Source of the DNA: Thermoplasmatota archaeon
GTDB lineage: Archaea > Thermoplasmatota > Penumbrarchaeia > Penumbrarchaeales > Penumbrarchaeaceae
DNA length: 62,461 bases
Assembly: GCA_049472235.1 (NCBI GenBank)
Contig: JBLIRI010000001.1
Span: 1-62,461 of the forward strand
Reading direction: 5' to 3'
The notes under the pieces: generated by a model
Seen by the model: only the letters and a program-made list of their open reading frames with translations
What the model was told of the DNA's origin: nothing
The model's database searches: none
In this document: one piece after another, positions 1-9,500 of the stretch
How the letters are laid out: the number at the start of each line of letters is the position of its first letter
How positions within the stretch are numbered: the first letter of the stretch is position 1
Position numbers and translations under genes: made by a program

Positions 1-40
1 GAATTGCTGTTGCAGTCGGTGGTGGCGAGGGATGAAAGAA

Positions 41-47
41 TTATAAA
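41..47 (+). promoter_or_regulatory. candidate archaeal TATA box for the hdrA-mvh operon
   Basis: TTATAAA follows a purine-rich GAAAGAA (BRE-like) about 39 nt upstream of the ATG at 86. AGGAGG at 74-79 is a likely ribosome-binding site. Confidence 0.4.
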
Positions 48-85
48 GGAGCGCGTCGATTTGGGTTTTGATCAGGAGGTTCGTC

Positions 86-1792
86 ATGTCTGAACGAATT
101 GGATTTTATATTTGCCACTGCGGCATCAATATCGGAAGCCAGGTCGACGTTCCCGATGTCGTCCGGTATACGAAGGAGCTGGATGGTGTCGCCTATGCCT
201 CCGAGAACCTCTACACATGCTCCGAGGACACACAGAAGAAGATCGCCGACGTCATCAAGGACGAGAAGCTCAACAGGGTCATCGTGGCCGCCTGCACTCC
301 GAGGACGCATGAGCCGCTCTTCAAGAAGAGCCTTGCCGAGGCGGGTCTGAACCCGCACCTCCTCGAGATGACCAACATCAGGGAGCACTGCTCATGGGTC
401 CATGCCGACAAAGGGATGGCCACGAAGAAGGCAAAGGAGCTCGTCTCCATGACCGTTGCCAAATCCAGGCTCCTCGAGCCGATCCCCTCGAGCAGCATCG
501 ACGTCCTTCAGAAGGCGATGGTGATAGGAGGGGGGGTCGCCGGAATGACAGCGGCGCTCTCCCTGGCTGACCAGGGATTCGAAACGGTCCTGGTCGAGCG
601 GAGCGAAAGGCTCGGAGGGAGGCTTAACGACATCTACTACACCGTCGAGGGCATCGATATACCAAAGCTCCTGGCCGACCTGAAAAATAGGGTGGCAGGA
701 CATGAGCTCATCACTGCGTACACCGGAACCTCCCTCAGGGATGTCAAGGGTTACGTCGGCAATTACGAGATAGAGCTCGAGACCAGGGACGGACCGGTCA
801 GTTTGAAGACCGGCGCGGTCGTCGTCGCCGTCGGAAGCCAGGAACATACCCCTTCGACCTTCGGATACGGGACCGATCCCAGGATCAGGACCCAGGCAGA
901 GCTCGAGGAATACCTCTCGGTATCCAAACCCGAGGAGATAAGGACCGGGGAGACATTCGTCATGGTCCAATGCGCCGAATCCCGCGAGGGGGAGCGCAAC
1001 TACTGCTCCAGGATATGCTGCATGGGGGCCCTGAAGAACGCCCTCATGATAAAGGAGATGAACCCCAGGGCCGAGGTCTATGTCCTTTACCGCGACCTGA
1101 TGACCTACGGGTTCTGGGAACGTTACTACATGCAGGCGAGGGAGAAAGGCGTCATCTTCCTGCAGTACGGGGTCGACCGGAAACCGGATGTCGAGATCGG
1201 GGAGAAGGTCAGGGTAAAGGTCTGGGAACCCATGCTGTCGGAGGATATCGAGATCGATGCGGATCACCTCGTACTCTCCACCGGCCTGGACCCTTATGCT
1301 GAGAACGTGGACCTGGCAAAGATGCTGAAGGTCCCCGTGAACCAGGACGGCTTCTTCCTGGAGGCTCATGTCAAGCTGAGACCCGTTGACTTCTCCACAA
1401 GGGGGGTTTTCCTGGCCGGATGCTGCCACGGTCCGAAGTTCATCGGCGAGTCCATCTACCAGGCGCAGGCGGCGGCCGCAAGGGCTGCCACGCTGCTTGC
1501 GAACCCGAAGCTGGAGGCCGAGCCGAACATCGCCATAGTGGACGTGGACCTGTGCTCCGGCTGCCGGACCTGCATCTCTCTATGCCCGTACTCGGCCATC
1601 GATTCGGTGACCGAGGAGATCGACGGCGTCGAGGTGACCCACGCCCAGATCAACGAGGGATTGTGCCAGGGGTGCGGGACCTGCGTGGCCGCTTGCCCAT
1701 CAGGTGCGATCCATCAAAGAGGCTTCAAGGACGATCAGATACTTGCCATGATCAAGGCCCTGGGGGCCTGCACCCCCGGAGGTGGTGGATGA
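86..1792 (+). CDS. hdrA: heterodisulfide reductase subunit A (HdrA-type flavoprotein)
   Basis: Track ORF 68..1792 opens with TTG; the ATG at 86 sits 6 nt after AGGAGG. Motifs seen: N-terminal YICHCGINIG Cys motif, GGGVAGMTAA dinucleotide-binding fold, and two C-terminal CxxCxxCxxxCP motifs (CSGCRTCISLCP, CQGCGTCVAACP). It is followed directly by mvhDGA. Confidence 0.9.
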   Translation: MSERIGFYICHCGINIGSQVDVPDVVRYTKELDGVAYASENLYTCSEDTQKKIADVIKDEKLNRVIVAACTPRTHEPLFKKSLAEAGLNPHLLEMTNIREHCSWVHADKGMATKKAKELVSMTVAKSRLLEPIPSSSIDVLQKAMVIGGGVAGMTAALSLADQGFETVLVERSERLGGRLNDIYYTVEGIDIPKLLADLKNRVAGHELITAYTGTSLRDVKGYVGNYEIELETRDGPVSLKTGAVVVAVGSQEHTPSTFGYGTDPRIRTQAELEEYLSVSKPEEIRTGETFVMVQCAESREGERNYCSRICCMGALKNALMIKEMNPRAEVYVLYRDLMTYGFWERYYMQAREKGVIFLQYGVDRKPDVEIGEKVRVKVWEPMLSEDIEIDADHLVLSTGLDPYAENVDLAKMLKVPVNQDGFFLEAHVKLRPVDFSTRGVFLAGCCHGPKFIGESIYQAQAAAARAATLLANPKLEAEPNIAIVDVDLCSGCRTCISLCPYSAIDSVTEEIDGVEVTHAQINEGLCQGCGTCVAACPSGAIHQRGFKDDQILAMIKALGACTPGGGG

Positions 1793-2211
1793 TGTCCGAT
1801 TTCGAACCCACGGTGGTGGCGTTCCTCTGCAACTGGTGCTCTTACGCCGGGGCGGACCTTGCGGGAACGAGCAGGCTGAAGTACCCCTCCAACGTGAGGT
1901 CGATCAGGGTAATGTGCTCGGGGAGGGTGGACCCGGTCTTCATCATGGATGCGCTCAGGCAGGGCATCGACGGGGTCCTCGTGGCAGGATGCCACCCCGG
2001 GGACTGCCATTACCAGTCCGGCAACTACAAGACCAATCGAAAGATCAAGCTCCTGAAAAGGCTGCTCTCGGAGCTCAACATCGAACCTGAAAGGGTCCGT
2101 TTCGAGTATATATCGGCATCCGAGGGCCAGAAGTTCGCAAGCGTCGTGACGGATTTCGTTTCGGAGCTGAAGGAGATCGGTCCTAACCCGCTGAAGGAGG
2201 AATGTGAATGA
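1789..2211 (+). CDS. mvhD: methyl-viologen-reducing hydrogenase delta subunit (MvhD/FlpD)
   Basis: 140 aa read from MMSDFEPT inside track ORF 1420..2211. The ATG at 1789 overlaps the hdrA stop (ATGA). Motifs LCNWCSYAGAD, MCSGRVDP and GCHPGDCHY are typical of MvhD. Confidence 0.88.
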   Translation: MMSDFEPTVVAFLCNWCSYAGADLAGTSRLKYPSNVRSIRVMCSGRVDPVFIMDALRQGIDGVLVAGCHPGDCHYQSGNYKTNRKIKLLKRLLSELNIEPERVRFEYISASEGQKFASVVTDFVSELKEIGPNPLKEECE

Positions 2212-3188
2212 CCGATGAGAAACTGAAGTTCGCATTCTACTGGGCTGCCAGTTGCGGTGGATGCGAGATAGCCGTTCTGGATATCAACGAAGCGATCCTG
2301 GATGTCGTCGCAGCGGCGGATATTCTATTCTGGCCAGTCGCAATGGACTTCAAGTACAGGGATGTCGAGGCCATGGAAGACGGCCATATAGACGTCTGTT
2401 TCTTCAACGGTGCGATCAGGAATTCGGAGCAGAAGGAGCTTGCGCATCTGCTAAGAAAGAAATCGAAGGTGCTTGTCGCATTCGGGTCCTGCGCCGTTAC
2501 CGGTGGGATACCGGGACTGGCAAATCTTTCGGACAAGAAAGGTATCTTCGAAACCGTTTACCACGATAACGCTTCAATCGAGAATCCCGAGGGTACCATC
2601 CCCGAACCAAAGAGCGAGGTCGAGGAAGGGGAGCTCAGCATACCCAAATTCTTCGATACCGTTGATACCCTTGACCAGACCGTGGATGTGGATTACTACC
2701 TTCCGGGCTGCCCCCCGCCGACCGGTCTCATTTTGACGGCCGTGAAGGCGATCATAAGCGGCGACCTCCCTCCGAAGGGATCGATCATAGCACCAGCGAA
2801 ATCCGTGTGCGACGAGTGCAGGTTCGAGAAATCCGAGAAGCGTATCACTAGGATAAGAAGGGTCTACGAGGTGGACAAGGTCGAGGATAAATGCCTTCTC
2901 GAACAGGGCATAATATGCCTCGGACCCGCCACCAGAGGAGGATGCGAGGCGCCATGCCTCGATGCATACATGCCCTGCACCGGATGCGGCGGGCCCACTC
3001 CGAAATCCCTTGATCAGGGCGGCAAGATGATCTCCGCCCTCGCTTCCATCCTTGGCATCGACAATGAGGAGGCGCTTTCCGATGAGGAGGTCGACGCCCT
3101 TGTCGACCAGATCGTCGACCCGTTAGGGACCTTCTACAAATACGGTCTTCCCTCTGCACTCATAAAAAGGAGGGTGATGAAAGGATGA
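2208..3188 (+). CDS. mvhG: [NiFe] hydrogenase small subunit, F420-non-reducing type (MvhG)
   Basis: 326 aa; the start overlaps the mvhD stop (ATGA). Carries the AASCGGCEIA proximal-cluster motif and further Cys clusters (CDECRF, CLGPATRGGCEAPC, CTGCGGP). Confidence 0.88.
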   Translation: MTDEKLKFAFYWAASCGGCEIAVLDINEAILDVVAAADILFWPVAMDFKYRDVEAMEDGHIDVCFFNGAIRNSEQKELAHLLRKKSKVLVAFGSCAVTGGIPGLANLSDKKGIFETVYHDNASIENPEGTIPEPKSEVEEGELSIPKFFDTVDTLDQTVDVDYYLPGCPPPTGLILTAVKAIISGDLPPKGSIIAPAKSVCDECRFEKSEKRITRIRRVYEVDKVEDKCLLEQGIICLGPATRGGCEAPCLDAYMPCTGCGGPTPKSLDQGGKMISALASILGIDNEEALSDEEVDALVDQIVDPLGTFYKYGLPSALIKRRVMKG

Positions 3189-4642
3189 AATCGATAGTCA
3201 TAGACCCGATCACCCGCTTGGAGGGGCACGGCAAGATCAATATCTTCCTCAACGACGAGGGAAATGTGGAGAACGCATACCTGCAGATACCGGAGCTTCG
3301 AGGTTTCGAGAAGTTCTCCCAGGGAAGGAGGGCGGAGGACATGCCTCAGATCACATCGAGGATATGCGGGGTCTGCCCAGTGGCGCATCACTTCGCAGCA
3401 ACTAAAGCCCTGGACAGCGCGTTCAACGTTGAGCCGACACCGGTCGCCAAGAAACTTAGGGAGCTGATGTACGTCGGCTACTACATCTACGACCACATCC
3501 TCCACTTCTACTTCCTTGGAGGCCCCGATTTCGTCGTGGGTCCCGACGCGCCACCTGCAAAGAGGAACGTGCTCGGGGTCATCGAGAAAGCGGGGATCGA
3601 GATCGGAAAGGAGGTCATCAAGCACAGGGCCTACGGACAGAAGATCACCGCGATACTGGGGGGAAAGGCGACCCATCCCGTCTGCGGTCTCCCCGGAGGC
3701 GTTTCCAAGGGATTGAACTCGGAAGAGGTCAAGGATATCGAGATGATGGCCAAATCCAGCATCGAGTTCGCGAAATTCTCCCTGCAGCTTTTCGAGGACA
3801 TCGTCCTCAAGAACAAGGACTATGTGGACCTCATCACCTCGGACCCCTACCAGCTCAGGACCTACAACATGGGGCTCGTTGACAGCAACAACAAGGTGAA
3901 CTTCTACGACGGCCACATCAGGGTGACGGACCCCAGCGGAAACGAGTTCAGAAGGTTCATGGTCAAGGATTATCAGAAGGAGATCGCAGAAAGGGTCGAG
4001 AAATGGAGCTACATGAAGTTCCCCTACCTCAAAGGCGTCGGGTGGAAGGGATTCGTCGATGGACCAGATTCTGGGTTCTACAGGGTCGGCCCCTTGGGGA
4101 GGCTGAACGCATCCGAGGGGATGGCGACACCCCTTGCCCAGAAGGAGTTCGACAGGATGTACGAGACCCTTGGAGGGAAGCCGGTCCATTCGACACTGGC
4201 GTTCCACTGGGCAAGGTTGATCGAGCTCCTCTATGCGACCGAGAGAGCCCTCGAGCTGGTCCAGGAGGAGGACATAACCTCCGACAAGATACGGAACCCT
4301 GTCGGGGAGCCAGGTGAAGGTTTCGGTGTCGTGGAAGCAGCCCGGGGGACGCTCATCCACCACTACGACGTGGACGAGAGGGGGCTCATAAAGAAAGCAA
4401 ACCTGATAGTGGCCACCACGAACAATGCCGGGGCCATCACCATGTCCGTTCGGGATGCCGCCAAGGGACTGATCAAGAACGGGCAGGTGAACGACGGGCT
4501 TCTGAACATGGTGGAGATGGCCTTCAGGGCCTATGATCCCTGTTTCGGCTGCGCCACCCATACCATGCCGGGATCGATGCCGCTCATTGCCAATATCTAC
4601 GACAAGGATGAGAAACTTCTAAAGAGCATCAAGCGGGATTAG
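3185..4642 (+). CDS. mvhA: [NiFe] hydrogenase large subunit, F420-non-reducing type (MvhA)
   Basis: 485 aa. Motifs RLEGHGKI, RICGVCPVAHH and C-terminal DPCFGCATH are followed by a 26-aa tail of the kind removed by a maturation endopeptidase. The start overlaps the mvhG stop (ATGA). Confidence 0.92.
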   Translation: MKSIVIDPITRLEGHGKINIFLNDEGNVENAYLQIPELRGFEKFSQGRRAEDMPQITSRICGVCPVAHHFAATKALDSAFNVEPTPVAKKLRELMYVGYYIYDHILHFYFLGGPDFVVGPDAPPAKRNVLGVIEKAGIEIGKEVIKHRAYGQKITAILGGKATHPVCGLPGGVSKGLNSEEVKDIEMMAKSSIEFAKFSLQLFEDIVLKNKDYVDLITSDPYQLRTYNMGLVDSNNKVNFYDGHIRVTDPSGNEFRRFMVKDYQKEIAERVEKWSYMKFPYLKGVGWKGFVDGPDSGFYRVGPLGRLNASEGMATPLAQKEFDRMYETLGGKPVHSTLAFHWARLIELLYATERALELVQEEDITSDKIRNPVGEPGEGFGVVEAARGTLIHHYDVDERGLIKKANLIVATTNNAGAITMSVRDAAKGLIKNGQVNDGLLNMVEMAFRAYDPCFGCATHTMPGSMPLIANIYDKDEKLLKSIKRD

Positions 4643-5110
4643 ATGACGACCATAATCGTTGGCATCGGGAACCCCATACTCGGGGACGACGGTGTGGGCA
4701 TCCATGCCGCAAGGAAGCTCAAAGAGGTGCTGAAAGACAGGGACATTGTGATCGAGGAGGCCTATACGGGTGGAATGAACCTTCTCGATATTATCGTGGG
4801 GTACGACAGAGCGGTACTCGTGGATGCCGTAAGTGTTGATGACCTAGGGATCGGAGAGGTCATTGTTCTCGAGGATGCGGGGGCAATGAGCTCCGCCCAT
4901 TCTGCTAACCCCCACGATGTCTCTTTCCCTGAAGCCTTGGAGGTTGCCAGGAAGATGGGGGAGAAGAGGATCCCGGAAGAGATAGTTCTGGTTGGCATCA
5001 ATATTAGAACTTCATTGGATTTCAATGATGAATTATCGGTAGAAGTTGAAGAAAGTGTGTCCGTAGCATTGGAAGTGATCAAAGAAATGTTAGAAGAACT
5101 GAACGAATAA
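4643..5110 (+). CDS. hydrogenase maturation endopeptidase (HycI/HoxW/FrhD type)
   Basis: 155 aa; the ATG immediately follows the mvhA TAG. Carries the IVGIGNPILGDDGVG motif. Confidence 0.85.
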   Translation: MTTIIVGIGNPILGDDGVGIHAARKLKEVLKDRDIVIEEAYTGGMNLLDIIVGYDRAVLVDAVSVDDLGIGEVIVLEDAGAMSSAHSANPHDVSFPEALEVARKMGEKRIPEEIVLVGINIRTSLDFNDELSVEVEESVSVALEVIKEMLEELNE

Positions 5111-5149
5111 AAAGATGGGGGTCGGTCAAAAATATTCGAGCTTGCACAT

Positions 5150-5164
5150 CCACCTGATAGGTGG
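5150..5164. terminator. short hairpin between convergent genes
   Basis: CCACCT-GAT-AGGTGG: a perfect 6-bp stem in the 106-nt gap between the protease and Fic genes. No clear oligo-T tract follows. Confidence 0.2.
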
Positions 5165-5216
5165 CAATATCGAACTGATCTCAAACTCAAGTGGAGGAAG
5201 AGGAACTAATATCTTT

Positions 5217-6272
5217 TCAATTTTTTCTTTCTTTCACCCACTTAGCGCCTCTTCCAACTCCGGTTGATCGAATCGCTCCTTCATCTCTCATCTTTCTGAG
5301 ACCTGTTTTGACCATAACTCTGCTGATGCCGGGGCACTCTCTTTGGATATCGGAGATCGAGAAGGGGCCTGTCTTCCTCTCCACTGCCTGGAGGATGAGT
5401 TCGGTCTTGGAGCCGTAGTATTTCTTGATATTTCTGGTCCTTTCCTCGAACTCCTTGTAGGATGCTATCAGGACCCCCCAGAAGTATGTGGTCCATGGGA
5501 CGATGTTCTGGTTGCCATCATGCCAACCCCAGGATGAGGATTCAAGAGTTTCATAATATGATTCCTTTGATTCCTCGAAGATCCGCTCGAGGCTGACATA
5601 CTTGCCGACTTGATAGCCTGCTTTATAGAGCAGAAGGAGTGTTAATAATCGCGCCATCCTGCCGTTTCCGTCGCTGAAAGGATGAATGCAGAGAAAATCC
5701 AGAATTGTCAAGGGGATTATGATAAGTGGTTCTTTATCGCTGCTGATCAAATCCTGGTAGCTAAGAATGAGATGATCCATTTCTTCGGGAGTATTTTCCA
5801 CGGAAACGGGCTTGAACCGGACACGTATCTTCCCATTCTGATATCTTTCCAAAATGACGTTCTCGGTCTCTTTCCAGTTCCCGCCCTCCCCCGGCAGGAA
5901 CTTGTATATCATGCTGTGCAGTAATTTGATCGTGTGGATGTCCATCTCCATCGTTTTCCAATTCTCATGGACATGGTTCAGCGCATCCCTGTAACCCGCT
6001 ATCTCCTGTTCGGATCTATTTCTGGGGGCGGAGGATCTCAAAACGATATCATGCACTCGCTTGTGGGTTGTAATTATCCCTTCCAGACGGTTCGAGGACT
6101 CCGTCGATTCGATAAGGGCCAATTCCCTCAGCGTTTCCAGCGCCTCTGTCTCCGATCTAAGAAAGCTGTCCTGTCTTCCCTTGAACTCCCCCAGGGCCCG
6201 CAGCGTGGCCGAATTCCCCACAAGAAGGTCCGGGTCCTCAATAAATTTCGGCCTTAAAGAGTTCATCAACAT
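5217..6272 (-). CDS. Fic-family protein (class II, N-terminal inhibitory helix, C-terminal winged-helix-like region)
   Basis: 351 aa. Has the canonical HPFSDGNGRMARLL (HxFx[D/E]GNGRxxR) motif and an upstream SNRLEG matching the (S/T)xxxE(G/N) inhibitory motif. The gene has low G+C. Confidence 0.88.
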   Translation of the reverse strand: MLMNSLRPKFIEDPDLLVGNSATLRALGEFKGRQDSFLRSETEALETLRELALIESTESSNRLEGIITTHKRVHDIVLRSSAPRNRSEQEIAGYRDALNHVHENWKTMEMDIHTIKLLHSMIYKFLPGEGGNWKETENVILERYQNGKIRVRFKPVSVENTPEEMDHLILSYQDLISSDKEPLIIIPLTILDFLCIHPFSDGNGRMARLLTLLLLYKAGYQVGKYVSLERIFEESKESYYETLESSSWGWHDGNQNIVPWTTYFWGVLIASYKEFEERTRNIKKYYGSKTELILQAVERKTGPFSISDIQRECPGISRVMVKTGLRKMRDEGAIRSTGVGRGAKWVKERKN

Positions 6273-6298
6273 CCTCCGAAATGAGATAGATCATTATC

Positions 6299-6336
6299 TA
6301 AATGGGATAATTGCTATATTATAATTATCCCATTTA
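6299..6336. promoter_or_regulatory. perfect 14-bp inverted repeat bracketing a TATA-like spacer, upstream of the Fic gene
   Basis: TAAATGGGATAATT (6299-6312), spacer GCTATATTAT, then AATTATCCCATTTA (6323-6336). The element lies 27-64 nt upstream of the Fic start codon at 6272. Confidence 0.6.
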
Positions 6337-6528
6337 TGGATTCATTACCTCGTTTAATAATCCCCTTTCACGCATACGCCTCAAAGAGCTCTCTGTCGGG
6401 AAGGTTCTCACGATGATGTGACGATGATATGCAGAACGCAAGCCTTCGTATATACGAGCTATTATTAAGTACTACCAGCCGGATTTCGTTCGGAGCTACC
6501 TTCCCATCACCCCAGGGGGCCGCAGAAG

Positions 6529-9500
6529 TTGTACAACAAGAGCACTGTCAGCCTGATACCGGTGGCAATCCTTTTCGCCGCTGTATTCTTCCATATGGTG
6601 CCAACGGCATCATCGGTGGACCTTGCAGCTGCAGACCGCCATTTCGATCGGGAGAAAGGGGCTCTTTCAGGGATGTCATTCTTCACCGAGAACCGGGGTC
6701 AGATCGACAATGATCATATCCGGCTCGTTGGAACCTCCGCTTCCGGTGCGGTCGGATTTGCAGAGGACGGCATCATCCTGAAGCTGCCGGGGGCATCTTC
6801 GACATCGCTCCGGGAGGTCAACGGGATGGAAGATGGATCCCCGTTCCGCCAAATGAAGATAGGTTTCGACGGTGGCAACGAGGTCGTTCCCGCGGGAAGG
6901 GGGCCCCTGCCGTGGAGGTCGAACTTCTTTCTGGGCAACGATCCGTCAAATTGGAGGGCAGGGGTTCCGAACTATGCCGAGGTTGTCTACGAGGACGTAT
7001 GGGATGACATTGACATCGTCTACAGGGCCACCGATATCGGACTGAAATACGACCTGATACTACGGCCTGGTTCCGACCCGGATGACATCAGCCTGAAGAT
7101 CGAGGGTAGCGATGGGCATCCCAGGAGCATCGGGGGTGCTCTCGAGATACCCCTTGCACCTGGCCTTATGGTCGTGGACGGCGGGCTGGATGTTTTCTAT
7201 AGTGATGAGGTCCATGAGAAGATCGCATCCAGCATCCTGGTGGAAGGGAACACCTATCGGTTCGAACTGGATGCATATGATCCCTCAAGAACGGTTGTCA
7301 TCGACCCTCTCATCTACTCGACCTTTCTCGGTGGGATCGGCTGGGAAGAGGGGTGGGACATGGATCTGGATAGTGAAGGGTGCGCATATCTTTCAAGGTA
7401 CACCGCTTCCGTGGATTTCCCGGTCACGAGCGGTTCATACGACACGACCCATAACGGGGGAGACTGGGATGTGTACGTCACGAAATTGAACGCGACCGGC
7501 GACGGGCTCAGGTATTCCACCTTCATCGGAGGCAGCGGTTTCGATACCGGGGTTGCGATAACAGTCGACCGGTACGGTTTCGCCTATGTTGGAGGAGTGA
7601 CCGACTCCACCGATTTCCCGATAACCCCGGGAGCGTACGACAACACCCTCGACAGTGAGAACAAGGACATTTTCATGCTCAAGCTAGGACAGAACGGCGA
7701 GTCGCTTCAGTATTCGACCTTCTTCGGGGGCGGGGGTGAGGACGCCGTTCACAGGATCACGGCCGATGATGAAGGCTACGTGTTCTTCGCAGGTATGACC
7801 GCCTCGACCGATCTGCCCGTCACTCCCGGGTGCTACGACAATACCTACAACGGGGGCCTCAACGACGCCTTCGCTGCCAGGTTGACCCCTGGTGGAAACT
7901 CGCTTGTCTTTTCCACCTACCTCGGGGGGAGCGGGGACGATAAGGCCTTCGGTATCGATATTGACGACAAGGGCAGCCCCTACATATTCGGAGAGCTCTC
8001 CTCGAAGGATTTCCCCACCACCCCTGGAGCATTCGATAATTCCCATAACGGCGGGGAGTGGGACTGCTTCCTCTCGAAACTGACCCCGCAGGGTAACTCT
8101 CTGGTCTACTCGACATACATAGGAGGAGGGAAGAACGAGCAGGCACAGGGCATCAAGGTCGACAGCGAAGGTTATGCATATCTGACCGGTGCCACAACTT
8201 CCGGGAGCTTCCCGCTTTCGGCCGGAGCATTCGACAGGAGCCAGGGAGGTGCAAGGGATGCTTTCGTGACGAAGGTCAACATATCCGGCGACATTATCAT
8301 CTACTCCACCTTCCTCGGGGATGACAATGACGAGGTGGGATACGGGATAGATGTCGACCATGAAGGTTATGCCTACGTGGTAGGGACGACCGAATCGAGG
8401 AACTTCCCCGTTACAGATTTCGTCCTTTACAGAACCTCCCGGGGAAATGTGGATATCTTCATAACCAAGGTCAACAGACAGGGGACCGGGCTCAGATACT
8501 CCACGTACTACGGCGGCAACGGGGACGATATGGGAACTGGTATCGCTGTTGACCGCAACAGCTGCGCTACCATCACGGGGACCACGAACTCACACAACTT
8601 CCCGACGTCCGAAGGGGCCTTCGAGGAAACCTATGTCGGCGGATTGTACGATGTCTTCGCGGTCAGCCTCAACATGTCCACGATCCCCACCCATCCGAGG
8701 GCCTTGAAAGCTCAGTACGGGGACAGCAGGATCGACCTCAGCTGGATCGAACCCCTGGACGCCGGGGGGCCCGCAAAGGTCTTTTACAATATATATCGCG
8801 GGGAGACACCTCTCGGCATCGCATACCTGACAACGCTCGAGGAGACATTCTACAACGACACGGGACTGACGAACGGCGTCACGTACTATTACCGGGTGTC
8901 CGCAGAGAACGACATGGGGGAGGGGGGCTTCAGCAACGAGGTGTACGCGACCCCGGGCAGGATACCCGGCGCACCGAGGGACCTTGCGGCCGAGCCGGGA
9001 AATAACAATGTGACCCTGACATGGAGCGTCCCCGAGGATGATGGAGGATTCCCCATTGCCTGGTATGACGTCTTCAGGGGCACGGACCCGGAGGACATGA
9101 AGATGATCTTCAGGGTCCATGACGGGGAGACGCATTTCGACGAAACCGTGACCAACGGGGTCACCTACTATTACCAGCTGACCGCTCTCAACAAGATAGG
9201 ACAGGGGCCTCCCGGCGAGATCGTGACCGTCATGCCTGCATGGTATCCTTCGGACCCGAGGGAGGTCACGGCCGTCGCGAGTGACAGCAGGATCAACCTT
9301 ACATGGCTCGTCCCCCTGAGCGACGGCGGTCTCGGTCTCGACGGATATATCGTCTACCGCAGAACGGAGAAAACCGAGTTCGAACCTATTACGGATATGA
9401 TGAACGACCTCTTCTACCACGACCTGTCGGTAATGAACGGGGTCACCTATTTCTACCAGGTCAGGGCCTTCAATTCGATGGGGGCCGGGAGATGGAGCCT

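Noticed and set aside
3134-4561. Long antisense ORFs opposite well-supported genes. Examples: 3134..4561 (475 aa) opposite mvhA, 392..1429 opposite hdrA, 8590..9561 opposite the FN3 region, 49034..50500 opposite the Beta_propel gene, 47283..48053 opposite the GT-C gene, and 44080..44928 / 44430..45224 within the C25-like gene.
   Set aside because: The translations are Arg/Gly/Pro/His-rich with no recognisable motifs. Each lies fully inside a gene with strong motif support on the other strand or in another frame. These are typical shadow ORFs of moderately G+C-rich coding DNA.
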